DNA of 52,578 bases. Origin: a virus (lineage: Duplodnaviria > Caudoviricetes). The stretch is taken from positions 1-52,578 of the IMG/VR virus record IMGVR_UViG_3300022918_000015, one strand, 5' to 3'. This document shows, piece after piece, positions 29,504-39,069 of the stretch. Each line of letters begins with the position of its first letter. Position 1 is the first letter of the stretch. A program made the translations under genes and the position numbers. The notes under the pieces are model-generated. The model was not told the origin of the DNA. It saw only the letters and a program-made list of their open reading frames with translations, and made no database searches.

Positions 29504-29776
29504 TTAATTTGGTTTTTTAATTATTTTATATTTAAAATTTACTCTTATTGTTTCTTCACAACAAAATAATTCTCCGCTTTTTAATTGTAACATGAATCCT
29601 GGATTACTATCACTATTCCAACAAACATTTTGAGGTACTGTTATAAATAAATCTCCAATTATATATTGATAATAAAAATTAGGATTATTTTTAATCTCAG
29701 TTATTTCTATTATTGTTCCTGGATTTAAATCTCTTATTGGAAATTCATCATTCCATTTTTCTTTCAAAAAAGGCAT
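29504..29776 (-). CDS. Small protein, paralog family B
   Basis: LNPGTIIEI...LKSGE...YKIIK. Confidence 0.65.
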   Translation of the reverse strand: MPFLKEKWNDEFPIRDLNPGTIIEITEIKNNPNFYYQYIIGDLFITVPQNVCWNSDSNPGFMLQLKSGELFCCEETIRVNFKYKIIKKPN

Positions 29777-30889
29777 TTATTTTTCTTTTAATAATTTATA
29801 ATATTCCTTCATCTTAACATTGTAGTCTTTATCTTTCGGAGTAGGCAATTCTTTAAATATATTATGTTTTCCGTCAAAATATAAAGGAAGAGTTACGTTA
29901 GGCATTCCAAATCTTGATTTTAATATAGTTATACTTCTAAAACTATCTCCAAATGATTCTGGAGTATTATTATCAATATCAAATCCTTTAAACGTTTCTA
30001 ATCCAAATCTTTCAGGAGCAAATAATCCTATAACTATTTGATCATCTCTTACAACTATTTTATTATCAGCAACACCGTCTAGAGTAGGTAATATTTTAGC
30101 TAAAATACTATCTCCTTTTGAAGTAAATTGTTGTTTATCTGATTCTAAAGCTTGCTGTTGAATATTTAATACAGTCCATCTCCATTTTTTTGTAATTATT
30201 TTTCTGGCTATTTTAGTATGCCATTTGGATATAGTCTTATGATGATTCAAGAAAGCATCAGTTTCCTTATCATATTGTTCTTCAAGAAGGCTTATATGAT
30301 CACACACAACTAACACAACCTGACTTGGATCATTTGCTATATATTCTTCTTCATTGGTAACTGAATTAATTTCAAACTTACCCATTTTAGAAGCAAATAA
30401 TTTACATTTATTAAATATAGAATCTGGAGTATAACAATTATCAACAACCTTTATATAAGTCATTATTAAACTAACCTCTTTCTGAGCCATTTTAAGCGCA
30501 TCTAAGACAGTTTGATCTAAAGGTGTTGTCTGCATACCCTGAAGTTGAAATATATCAACAGAGACGTTGTATTTACGTTTTAAGATATGAATAAACAATC
30601 CATCTATAAACTCTTGTTCAGATTCTTCTAAAGCAAAATAAATAACCTGAAAATTAATTCCGTATTTAATTGCATAAAATATAGGCTGATATATAAAAGC
30701 ATATTTACTAAAATTAGTTTTGGCTGCCCCAGTACCAGATGTTACTTTATACATTAAACCAGGTATAATTCCAGGTATATATTTTGTCAATCTAGGTAAT
30801 CCAAAAAACGGAATAGGTTTTATTTTTCCTGATATAATATCAGATCTACGTTGCTCGTAGTATTGTATGCGTTTTTCAACTGAATTCAA
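29777..30889 (-). CDS. Replicative DnaB-like (SF4) helicase
   Basis: SGTGAAKT Walker A, FALEES, VVCDHISLL, IQQQ, ILKSRFG. Confidence 0.85.
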   Translation of the reverse strand: MNSVEKRIQYYEQRRSDIISGKIKPIPFFGLPRLTKYIPGIIPGLMYKVTSGTGAAKTNFSKYAFIYQPIFYAIKYGINFQVIYFALEESEQEFIDGLFIHILKRKYNVSVDIFQLQGMQTTPLDQTVLDALKMAQKEVSLIMTYIKVVDNCYTPDSIFNKCKLFASKMGKFEINSVTNEEEYIANDPSQVVLVVCDHISLLEEQYDKETDAFLNHHKTISKWHTKIARKIITKKWRWTVLNIQQQALESDKQQFTSKGDSILAKILPTLDGVADNKIVVRDDQIVIGLFAPERFGLETFKGFDIDNNTPESFGDSFRSITILKSRFGMPNVTLPLYFDGKHNIFKELPTPKDKDYNVKMKEYYKLLKEK

Positions 30890-31675
30890 TTAACTTCTTC
30901 CTTTAAACTCTGGATACAATATATTTCCATTGTCTGATTGCCAAAATTGTTTAGTATCAATATCCATAATAGAAATCTTACCGTGCCAACCACCTCCAGT
31001 GTCTAAATTCCAGATATTAGCAGCATTCATTGGTTCGTCTTTCTTCCAAAATTGAGTACTTGTATGACCTATATAAATTTCATTAAAATCTTCAACCATA
31101 TTAAATTTATCTCCAGGTTTTCTACCCGATTCAAAACTTAATGCTTGCTTCCATAAATCTCTATCCCACCAGAAATTAAATTCTGATTGTTCTTCAAGTT
31201 TATAGTTTCTATCAAATCCTCCGTGAATAAATAAATTATTCTTATCATCTATATAATATGGTATTTGATTTTTAAAAAATTCAATATGAGAATCTGAAAT
31301 ATCATTAGTTCTTATAGATTCAGTAAAGTGTTCACCTCCTCCCGGAGTAAATTGTAATCCATACCAAGAAGTTCCTGGTCTTGAATGATTTAAATAACTT
31401 AATCCAGTTGCCTTTTGACCTTGTTGCCAATTACTAGGATTGTCACCTGTTTCTAACCAAGTATTAAACCAATCATCATGATTACCTTTTACAGCTACTA
31501 AATTCTTTATTTTAAGCAATTCTTCAACTACTTCGAATGATTCACTATGACCATCAACAACATCCCCAAGAGATATTAACGTGTCATTATTATTATCAAA
31601 TCCACATCTTTCTAAAACTTGAACTAATCCTTTATGATTTCCATGTATATCACCTATTACTAGATTTCTCTTCAT
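30890..31675 (-). CDS. Calcineurin-like metallophosphoesterase (Ser/Thr phosphatase type)
   Basis: GDIHG, LGDVVD, KGNHD, FIHGG, IGHT and LDTG motifs. Confidence 0.92.
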   Translation of the reverse strand: MKRNLVIGDIHGNHKGLVQVLERCGFDNNNDTLISLGDVVDGHSESFEVVEELLKIKNLVAVKGNHDDWFNTWLETGDNPSNWQQGQKATGLSYLNHSRPGTSWYGLQFTPGGGEHFTESIRTNDISDSHIEFFKNQIPYYIDDKNNLFIHGGFDRNYKLEEQSEFNFWWDRDLWKQALSFESGRKPGDKFNMVEDFNEIYIGHTSTQFWKKDEPMNAANIWNLDTGGGWHGKISIMDIDTKQFWQSDNGNILYPEFKGRS

Positions 31676-31838
31676 GTTCTTTAATTTTTTCTTTAAGTAA
31701 AGAAATAGGAAAAGTAGCTAGTTGATATTCTCCATCAGCAGTATCAAAACAAACTTTATCACCAATTAATTTCAAACTATGATCTCTAAAATAAGTATCA
31801 TCATCTCCCTTTTCAAAATATACTTCAGTTACATCCAT
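31650..31838 (-). CDS. Hypothetical protein
   Basis: 62-aa tiled ORF. Confidence 0.6.
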   Translation of the reverse strand: MDVTEVYFEKGDDDTYFRDHSLKLIGDKVCFDTADGEYQLATFPISLLKEKIKEHEEKSSNR

Positions 31839-32377
31839 TTCTCTTTATTTATCTCTTTGTTATTATCTTCAAGTAGATATGCATATTTCTCGAAATTAGC
31901 TTGATTAAGCCACGTTTCTGAAGCATTCATATATTCTATGTTTCCAGTTTTTTTACGCCATTTAATCTCAGCATTTAAAACATCAATAGCATTCTTTTGA
32001 AGATTTTCTTTGTTTCTAAATAAGCTATCCCACTTTTTTCTAAGTTTATCTACAGCCATTCCTTTATATTCTCCTCCACTTCCAGAAGGCGATAAATATC
32101 TACCGTTAGGTGTTTTAATGGGAAAAGTGCTTAAAAACGTATAGAATAAATCTTTTGGTAAAAACATATCTATAGCCTTAGATCTAAGTATAATAGCATC
32201 TTCAGTTATTTTTATAAATCCTCTTTCCTGAAGAGAATCTTCGTTAATATTTTCTATTAACTTATATAGATTTTTTATTTTATTATCTTCTCCAACAAAT
32301 AAGTTTCTTAAATATAGATATTCACTTATTGTTAAATTGTTTTTGAATATATCATCTATATTCATTGAAATATCCAT
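31829..32377 (-). CDS. Putative replication initiator / helicase-loader-like protein
   Basis: N-terminal wHTH-like segment (LQERGFIK); FLSTFP and YMNASETWLNQ resemble phage replisome-organiser C-termini; upstream of the helicase. Confidence 0.5.
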   Translation of the reverse strand: MDISMNIDDIFKNNLTISEYLYLRNLFVGEDNKIKNLYKLIENINEDSLQERGFIKITEDAIILRSKAIDMFLPKDLFYTFLSTFPIKTPNGRYLSPSGSGGEYKGMAVDKLRKKWDSLFRNKENLQKNAIDVLNAEIKWRKKTGNIEYMNASETWLNQANFEKYAYLLEDNNKEINKEKWM

Positions 32378-32528
32378 AGTTTTCTATTTTTCTACTTTCT
32401 ATTTCTAATTCTGTTAAATCTAAAAATACTTCTTTAGATTTTTTATATTCTTTTTTATTTCTTAATTTAAAAACAGGCTTAGTTTTATTTCTTTTTTCTA
32501 AACCTGTTTTTATTTTTAATCTAATCAT
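32352..32528 (-). CDS. 58-aa basic protein (not in ORF track)
   Basis: MIRLKIKTGLEKRNKTKPVFKL...; ATGA overlap with the upstream stop. Confidence 0.4.
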   Translation of the reverse strand: MIRLKIKTGLEKRNKTKPVFKLRNKKEYKKSKEVFLDLTELEIESRKIENYGYFNEYR

Positions 32529-32758
32529 TTATTTAAGTCAGTTCTTAATTCAATCAAACTGTTAATAACATCATCTAAATGTTCTATTGGAATTGCAATA
32601 GAAAGATGACTTGTTATGTCATTCATTTTTGGATTTATAGATTCAATTTTTATACAATCTCTAGGATATTCTACTTTAGAAAATGAAATTCCAGATTGAT
32701 TTGGACTTTTACTCATAGCTTCAGAAAAAACAACTCTGTTATATTTTACTATTCCCAT
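32525..32758 (-). CDS. Hypothetical protein
   Basis: 77-aa ORF. Confidence 0.6.
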   Translation of the reverse strand: MGIVKYNRVVFSEAMSKSPNQSGISFSKVEYPRDCIKIESINPKMNDITSHLSIAIPIEHLDDVINSLIELRTDLNK

Positions 32759-32760
32759 AA

Positions 32761-34116
32761 TTAATATCTATTATACATTTGTTCAACAACATACCAACCA
32801 CCAGAAGAAGCACAAAGCTCTTTTAGTCCAGGATTTTCTGTACCAAAGCATAATGCGTTAATTTTAACTCCCTTAGATTTGACCTCTTTAGGATTAACAT
32901 GATCATCTCCATCTAGCATGATTACAATCTCAGGATCGTGAAATGTAGTATCAGTAGCAATCTCATCAATAGTTTCTTGTAAACAATAACCAATATGAGT
33001 ACCACCACCACTAGGTCTTCTCAAGCTTATATCTTTAAATAAATCCTGAGCTTCTTTAAGGGTTTTAACTTCTTTATATCCATATCGTTTAGACTCATAT
33101 AAATAAAAGTTAAGTTTAGCCTTACCTTGCATTACTCCTTCGAGGTAATTCAATAAAGTAGCTCTAACATAAGATTGTTTTTGAATACTTCCCATTGAAC
33201 CAGAATCATCAAGCATTAATGTTACAACTTGCTTTCTTGTTTCAGGTAGTACCTTTTCTTTGATAGTTAATTCTTTTTTTGCAAGCTTATCATCAAAATT
33301 AGGCAATACCATTTGAGTCTTACTAGCCTTCATTACTTGACTATAACTAGACATATTTTTGATACGTTTCTTATTAGATTTATTGTTTTCAACTAACTTT
33401 GTTTCCAAAGAAGTTTCCATTCCAATTTTTTCTTCTAAATAAGTCTTAACTTTAATATCTCTTAATATACCAGGATTAATTGGCATATCAGGAACCTTCT
33501 CAGCAGCATATATATTAGCAATAGTTGGAGATAAATCATAAAGAAAATCTCTAACACATGAAATAACATCTTTTGATAAAGCTTGGTTAGAAGGTTTAGA
33601 TGAACTATCACCTCCATTATCATCAGGAACTCCTTTACTCATCTCTTTAATCAAATCAGATAATGATTGAGGATCTAAAGTAGTTTTACCGTTTCCTTTT
33701 GGATTTTGTTGAGCAGAATTAGTTTCATTAGACTTACTTAAATGCACCATGTACATCAAAGTATTTAATGTTTTATCCATTGGTGAATAACCTGGGCATT
33801 CTGGATAATTTAAACCTTCAAGAAACTTTAAAGTATATCCATAATAAGCTTTTTCAGACTCAGTCAATTCTCTATTCAATACCTCTTTACAAGTATCTAG
33901 TGAAAATACATGATTTTTAAAATCAAAATCAATACTTTCTTCTCTTTCTTGAGTAAATAAATAATATAAATCTTCTATGATTGGTGGGACTTTAATAAAG
34001 CCACCACCAAATTCATAGTTTTTATCACGAGCTAACTCGTTTATATAATCTAACTCAGGCAAAGTAATTGTATTAGTAAGGTTTATAGTAAACCCTTCTG
34101 TTCTTCCATTACTCAT
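32761..34116 (-). CDS. VWA-domain protein (ViaA/CoxE-like partner of a MoxR ATPase)
   Basis: MIDAS LDDSGSM, GGGT, MLDG. Confidence 0.88.
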   Translation of the reverse strand: MSNGRTEGFTINLTNTITLPELDYINELARDKNYEFGGGFIKVPPIIEDLYYLFTQEREESIDFDFKNHVFSLDTCKEVLNRELTESEKAYYGYTLKFLEGLNYPECPGYSPMDKTLNTLMYMVHLSKSNETNSAQQNPKGNGKTTLDPQSLSDLIKEMSKGVPDDNGGDSSSKPSNQALSKDVISCVRDFLYDLSPTIANIYAAEKVPDMPINPGILRDIKVKTYLEEKIGMETSLETKLVENNKSNKKRIKNMSSYSQVMKASKTQMVLPNFDDKLAKKELTIKEKVLPETRKQVVTLMLDDSGSMGSIQKQSYVRATLLNYLEGVMQGKAKLNFYLYESKRYGYKEVKTLKEAQDLFKDISLRRPSGGGTHIGYCLQETIDEIATDTTFHDPEIVIMLDGDDHVNPKEVKSKGVKINALCFGTENPGLKELCASSGGWYVVEQMYNRY

Positions 34117-34125
34117 ATTTTCTTT

Positions 34126-35433
34126 TTATTTCTTTAATTGTTCAATTATTTCTTTAACTTCAGTCTTTTTCTTACCTGCTCTGTCCATATTTTTGGCAGA
34201 CCATTTATGAATATCCATCAATGAAACAACATATTTAAGCTTGTCCATTTTGATTGCAGCAGAAGTTTCATCAATCTCTACCTTAACATCTTCTCCTGTT
34301 CTTGATTTATGTTCTCCAATAATCAAGTCAAGCAATTTTGCATTAGTATCGATTTCTCCTAAATTATTATTTTTAACATAATCAGCAATCATTCTGAACA
34401 TTTCTTCATCAGCCGTTTCTTGTTCTTTATCTTTATTTTCTTTATAATACTTATTCAATATTTCTTTGTCAATATCATAAATATATTTCAAATCTCCACC
34501 ATCACAGTATAATTTTGCAGCGTGAATAGCCGTTCTCGGAGAAACAAAATGTGATTTATCATTCATTCCGTTATTGATAGATAAAATTTCAGATAACTCA
34601 ATAAGTTTACCTTTATTTCTATTGAAGAACGTATCTCCAAATACTTTTTTAAATAAACTTGTAAAATTATTTTTGCTATAAGAATCCCATTCTACTTTCA
34701 AAGTCAATGGAAAACGTTGTGCTAAGGCTTCTAAACTATCATCCTCAGAAAAATCTTCTTTAGACTTATTTGTAAGACCAATAAATATTTTAGTCTTACA
34801 AGGGTGTACTTGATTACCTTTTCTAGCTTTTTTAGATGTCATAACATCTTTAAGAGCCAATAGAACTTGTGGTGGAGCATCAAAGATTTCTTCAAATACA
34901 ACAACCTCATGTTCTAAAAAGCTATTTTTAAATAGATATTCTAATTCACCCGTATCTTTAAATTTCTTAATATTGATGCCGCCAAACAATCCTTCTTCAG
35001 TTAAACCGTCTCCACAAGTTAATACAAATGGTTCTTCTGTAATTAATCCTTCTTTTTTCATTAAGTTAAGAATCAATTCAGTACCTTCTGATTTATTATG
35101 ACCACCACGACCATACAAGATAACATTTTGATTAAGTCTCACACCTCTTGTAAGGGCATCTGCCATATCTTCCATGAATATAGATGATTTACATACTTCT
35201 GCAAGAATTTTTGCGTGAGTTGGATCGTAATTAGCTCCAGTGGCTACTTCAATCAAGTCTTTACTAATCTGAAAAGGATCTACCTTGAAATAACCTTGCT
35301 TTTGAATTTTTTCATATTCACTATCTGGAATAACTAAACTTAAGCCTTCAAGTAATTTATAATCTTGTTCTTCAATAACAGGAAATATTTGTTTTAAATC
35401 TACACTTTCAATACTTTTAAATACTATTTTCAT
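34126..35433 (-). CDS. MoxR/RavA-like AAA+ ATPase
   Basis: YGRGGHNKS Walker A, VVFEEIFD Walker B, LTN sensor 1, ALAQRF arginine finger, SPRT sensor 2. Confidence 0.85.
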   Translation of the reverse strand: MKIVFKSIESVDLKQIFPVIEEQDYKLLEGLSLVIPDSEYEKIQKQGYFKVDPFQISKDLIEVATGANYDPTHAKILAEVCKSSIFMEDMADALTRGVRLNQNVILYGRGGHNKSEGTELILNLMKKEGLITEEPFVLTCGDGLTEEGLFGGINIKKFKDTGELEYLFKNSFLEHEVVVFEEIFDAPPQVLLALKDVMTSKKARKGNQVHPCKTKIFIGLTNKSKEDFSEDDSLEALAQRFPLTLKVEWDSYSKNNFTSLFKKVFGDTFFNRNKGKLIELSEILSINNGMNDKSHFVSPRTAIHAAKLYCDGGDLKYIYDIDKEILNKYYKENKDKEQETADEEMFRMIADYVKNNNLGEIDTNAKLLDLIIGEHKSRTGEDVKVEIDETSAAIKMDKLKYVVSLMDIHKWSAKNMDRAGKKKTEVKEIIEQLKK

Positions 35434-35492
35434 TTTATATAATTTTCTTCTTTTATTATTTATTTTATTTAACTTTATTTCTTATTATTTGA

Positions 35493-35936
35493 TTATAATA
35501 ATCCAGCTTTAATTGTATTAATCAACATATGGGTATCGGTTATATCAATTTGAGCTATTGTAATATCATCTATTACTTTTTGCATCTCTCTTGGCATACT
35601 TTCCCAATCTGAATTTTTAATATGGTAAATTGGTTTAATAGATTTAATTCTTAAATCAACAAGTTCTTTATTAATTTTATTATTAATTATTTCATCTTTA
35701 CTTGATACAGTAAAACCTACTTTTGTTTCGTATTTTGAACCAAACTCAACTTTCAATAACTTTTCAATCTCAGCCTTAACCTTTAAAGTTGGATCTTGAG
35801 ATTTAATTTTTTCTACTTCATCTTGATAGACCTTAGAGTTAATTATTGATTTATTGTATTTTTCATTAACTTCGTTCACTTCTTCAAGTATTCTTTTAGC
35901 TAACGTAACGATCTCTGTTCTATTTAATTTTTTCAT
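35493..35936 (-). CDS. Hypothetical protein
   Basis: 147-aa ORF. Confidence 0.7.
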   Translation of the reverse strand: MKKLNRTEIVTLAKRILEEVNEVNEKYNKSIINSKVYQDEVEKIKSQDPTLKVKAEIEKLLKVEFGSKYETKVGFTVSSKDEIINNKINKELVDLRIKSIKPIYHIKNSDWESMPREMQKVIDDITIAQIDITDTHMLINTIKAGLL

Positions 35937-35954
35937 TCTTTAATTATTATTTTG

Positions 35955-36218
35955 TTAAATGACTTTTTTCATTATTTTATAATTCATGCCTCTAGGCATA
36001 GCTCTTTTAAATGTTTCTCCGGTTTTTAAGCAAACAAATTCACTTCTGTCAGTATTCATTACTAATCTACCATTACGATTTAATTTATCACTTTCTTTAT
36101 AAATTAATTCTATAATAGTCCCAGGAAATAAAGAGCTCATTGAAAAATAATTATCATTTTGATTACCATAATTATTGTGATATTCTTTCTTTAATTTTAA
36201 ATCCTCATATCTATTCAT
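35955..36218 (-). CDS. Small protein, paralog family B
   Basis: LFPGTIIEL...VCLKTGE...YKIMK. Confidence 0.65.
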   Translation of the reverse strand: MNRYEDLKLKKEYHNNYGNQNDNYFSMSSLFPGTIIELIYKESDKLNRNGRLVMNTDRSEFVCLKTGETFKRAMPRGMNYKIMKKVI

Positions 36219-36463
36219 TTTATTTCTTTTATTATTTCATAAGTATAACCTTCTAGAAGATTTCCCCAAAATGTTCCGACATCAAAATCTTCTTTAGAAA
36301 AAATACAGACTCCGACTCTAGTCAAGTCTCCATCATCCTGTACCCTCATTATATATGGATTTAGTGTCACGCTGGTAATTTTAATTACAGATCCTAATTT
36401 CATTTTGTAAAAATAATTATCTATATCGTTATGAGTATTATTTTTAACCACAATCCCAGTCAT
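36215..36463 (-). CDS. Small protein, paralog family B
   Basis: KLGSVIKI...YEIIK. Confidence 0.6.
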   Translation of the reverse strand: MTGIVVKNNTHNDIDNYFYKMKLGSVIKITSVTLNPYIMRVQDDGDLTRVGVCIFSKEDFDVGTFWGNLLEGYTYEIIKEIK

Positions 36464-36986
36464 AATTCATATTTTTTATAGCTTTAAATATATTATATTC
36501 ACTAAAATATTCTTCATATCTATTTATAAAGCAAGTATGATCTTTCTTGTTATCGAATAAATACATACCATATATATCCAAAACTTCTTTCATATTTACT
36601 AATCTATGATCATAAATTGTTACATTTCTAGATTTAATAATTCTATTTATAAAACTATTATTTTTAAAATCAACAAATTCATTTTTAAAAATCATTTCTA
36701 ATTTTTTACGAGTATAGGCTGTTCCTGTATTGATACTAGTGCTTGATGTTAATGGATGATATAATAATTCGGTTTGAATATTTTCTGACTTGCAATTGTT
36801 GACTATACTAAGTAAATTTTTATTGAAATCTTTGTAATTTTCATCACATATTAATGGTACTTCAAGACTAAATATTCTATTATATTTAATATTTATATTC
36901 GAATATATTAAATAAAGTAATCTAATTTGCCATTCCCCTTTAGCTGAAATAATAATGTTCTGACTAAAATCCGGTTGTATATTCAT
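36444..36986 (-). CDS. Hypothetical protein
   Basis: 180-aa ORF. Confidence 0.6.
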   Translation of the reverse strand: MNIQPDFSQNIIISAKGEWQIRLLYLIYSNINIKYNRIFSLEVPLICDENYKDFNKNLLSIVNNCKSENIQTELLYHPLTSSTSINTGTAYTRKKLEMIFKNEFVDFKNNSFINRIIKSRNVTIYDHRLVNMKEVLDIYGMYLFDNKKDHTCFINRYEEYFSEYNIFKAIKNMNYDWDCG

Positions 36987-37200
36987 CTCTTCTTTTTATT
37001 ATTTCAACTGATATTAAATGAGAGTCGTTTAAAGCTGGAGAATCATCATCATAAAGTTGAAAATCATTTATATTTACTAACCAATATTGAATTTCATCTA
37101 AAACAATAAAAACATCTTCATGTATATTGTTAAACCAAGAAAATTTTATTCTTAATATATCGCCTGCTTCATAATCTGATTTATTCAATTTATTAGCCAT
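36964..37200 (-). CDS. Small protein, paralog family B
   Basis: EAGDILRI...LVNIND...VEIIK. Confidence 0.6.
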   Translation of the reverse strand: MANKLNKSDYEAGDILRIKFSWFNNIHEDVFIVLDEIQYWLVNINDFQLYDDDSPALNDSHLISVEIIKRRDEYTTGF

Positions 37201-37414
37201 TTTTTAACCCTCCTCTCATTACTTCAATAACAGTATCCTCTTTTGTATAAAAACTGCTTCTGCAAAATTTTGCGGTAGTTAAATTAATAGCTTGAGCATA
37301 AGTATCTTGAACCTTTACAGGAACTGCAAAAACTAAGTATAATTTATCCTCAACACCTGGTGCTGATATTTTTATTATACTTCCAGCAATATAATCATCC
37401 CATTCTATTTTCAT
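37193..37414 (-). CDS. Small protein, paralog family B
   Basis: IAGSIIKI...AINLTT...IEVMR. Confidence 0.6.
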   Translation of the reverse strand: MKIEWDDYIAGSIIKISAPGVEDKLYLVFAVPVKVQDTYAQAINLTTAKFCRSSFYTKEDTVIEVMRGGLKNG

Positions 37415-37620
37415 TAACTGCCCATATTATAGTATTTTCCTTGAATAAATTGACAATCTTCATCATCAACTGTATTTAAAGCATCTGATCTTCTAACTCT
37501 AGCATTCTCAAATGAGAATTTTCTAAGTTTATTTATTGAATTAGTAACAGCTGCTTTTGTGGCGGTTGTTATATTCTTGTTTTTAGTATTATCTTGACCT
37601 ATATTCATCTTATTGTTCAT
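37414..37620 (-). CDS. Hypothetical protein
   Basis: 68-aa tiled ORF. Confidence 0.55.
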   Translation of the reverse strand: MNNKMNIGQDNTKNKNITTATKAAVTNSINKLRKFSFENARVRRSDALNTVDDEDCQFIQGKYYNMGS

Positions 37621-37939
37621 TTAAAATTTCAATATCAATTAATGTTGTATTGTTTCCATCTTTTGTTTTTAAATATAAAGAAGAGCCAATTAATTGACCT
37701 CTTGTAATATTTACAATGAAAGATGAATTAGAATTTTTAAATCTTGGGTCTGAAGTGTTATTTATAGAAACAAATATATCACCTTCATCTACTACACTAC
37801 TAATTGAAATATTGCTATACAATAGATTTCTATTATAAGCAGTGTCTGATAATTTAAATACAGTTCCCTGTTTTAAATTATTAAAACTAATTTGAAGTAT
37901 TTTCTTTTCTTTCATTATTCTTTTATTTTTCAATATCAT
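37610..37939 (-). CDS. Small protein, paralog family B
   Basis: LKQGTVFKL...IVNITRG...IEIL. Confidence 0.6.
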   Translation of the reverse strand: MILKNKRIMKEKKILQISFNNLKQGTVFKLSDTAYNRNLLYSNISISSVVDEGDIFVSINNTSDPRFKNSNSSFIVNITRGQLIGSSLYLKTKDGNNTTLIDIEILNEQ

Positions 37940-37942
37940 ATC

Positions 37943-38179
37943 TTATCCGTATCTATATATTATAAACTCAAATTCATCTAAATTGTTAGAAAATTCCAAA
38001 TCTCCTGTTTTTAGATTTACACAATAATTATTAGCATTGTTTCTAATTTCAATGCCTTTTATTCTTATATATAGTTTATTATTATATAAGCATTTAAATA
38101 TGGAGCCAATAGGAATATTTAAAATCCTACATTTAACTATTTCATTTTCTTTATTATAATCTTTGCTTAGTTTACTCAT
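37943..38179 (-). CDS. Small protein, paralog family B
   Basis: IPIGSIFKC...CVNLKTGD...FIIYR. Confidence 0.65.
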   Translation of the reverse strand: MSKLSKDYNKENEIVKCRILNIPIGSIFKCLYNNKLYIRIKGIEIRNNANNYCVNLKTGDLEFSNNLDEFEFIIYRYG

Positions 38180-38420
38180 AAGGTAGTCTCATAATTTTAA
38201 AATCAAATCTATATTCTGAAACCGTCCATAGATCAGTTCTACCTGTTTTTACATCAACACCACAACACGTTTGATGTTTATTTCTTTTATAATCTGTGAT
38301 CAAATATAAATCTTTAGGCTTTAATTGTGAATGAGGCGCATCAATAATCTCTATAATAGTACCAGCAGGAAGATTAATAGCCTCGATACTGGTACTTTTA
38401 AAAACATCTCCTTCAGACAC
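38172..38420 (-). CDS. Small protein, paralog family B
   Basis: LPAGTIIEI...GVDVKTGR...FKIMR. Confidence 0.65.
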   Translation of the reverse strand: MSEGDVFKSTSIEAINLPAGTIIEIIDAPHSQLKPKDLYLITDYKRNKHQTCCGVDVKTGRTDLWTVSEYRFDFKIMRLPYE

Positions 38421-38422
38421 GT

Positions 38423-38740
38423 TTACAATGCGTTTAAGCTATTAAAAAATACTTTTCTAACATCTTCTGAAGGTTTTACTTTTCTAATCAACACAGGGCT
38501 TTCTATAGCTCTCTGTAATGCAATTTGTCTACCTACTTTCTTAACAAAATGGTCTTTACTTCCACAAACAGCAATACCAAAAGAAATTACATTATCTTTT
38601 ATTACAGCAGCATATGTTTTGCGCTTTTGATTTTTTGGTTTTCGATTCGGATTATAATCTGTATGTCTAACAAAAGTTCTTTCTGCTTGACTTGTAGTAA
38701 TTACATTCTGTTCTGATTCTGAATTGTTTTTAGTTTTCAT
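38423..38740 (-). CDS. Phage_gp49_66-like small protein
   Basis: FGIAVCGSKDHFVKKVGRQIALQRA matches the G-x-A/S-x-C...F...G-R-x-I-A pattern. Confidence 0.5.
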   Translation of the reverse strand: MKTKNNSESEQNVITTSQAERTFVRHTDYNPNRKPKNQKRKTYAAVIKDNVISFGIAVCGSKDHFVKKVGRQIALQRAIESPVLIRKVKPSEDVRKVFFNSLNAL

Positions 38741-38766
38741 AATATAATAATTAATTGTTATTTTTT

Positions 38767-39069
38767 TTATTCTTGTTGTTGTTGTTTTATTTTCTTTTCT
38801 AATACTTCTTTAAATGAAGTAGATGCTGCTTCAAAACCATCATCTATACCATGTTTATAGCCTTCTTCATATCCATTTAAATTAGCGCTTTCTATTGGTT
38901 TAACTTGTATCATAATGAATGCTACAACAAGTAATATCCAACCAAATGCACCAATTAAATTTTCACATTTAAAACTAAAGGGATTAAATGTAATTTTGGT
39001 ATCAGCTATATAAAAGAAAAATACTATAAAAGCTAATACCCATAACATCGTTGTTATCATTTTATTCAT
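38767..39069 (-). CDS. Two-TM membrane protein
   Basis: Two hydrophobic helices followed by GYEEGYKHG. Confidence 0.7.
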   Translation of the reverse strand: MNKMITTMLWVLAFIVFFFYIADTKITFNPFSFKCENLIGAFGWILLVVAFIMIQVKPIESANLNGYEEGYKHGIDDGFEAASTSFKEVLEKKIKQQQQE

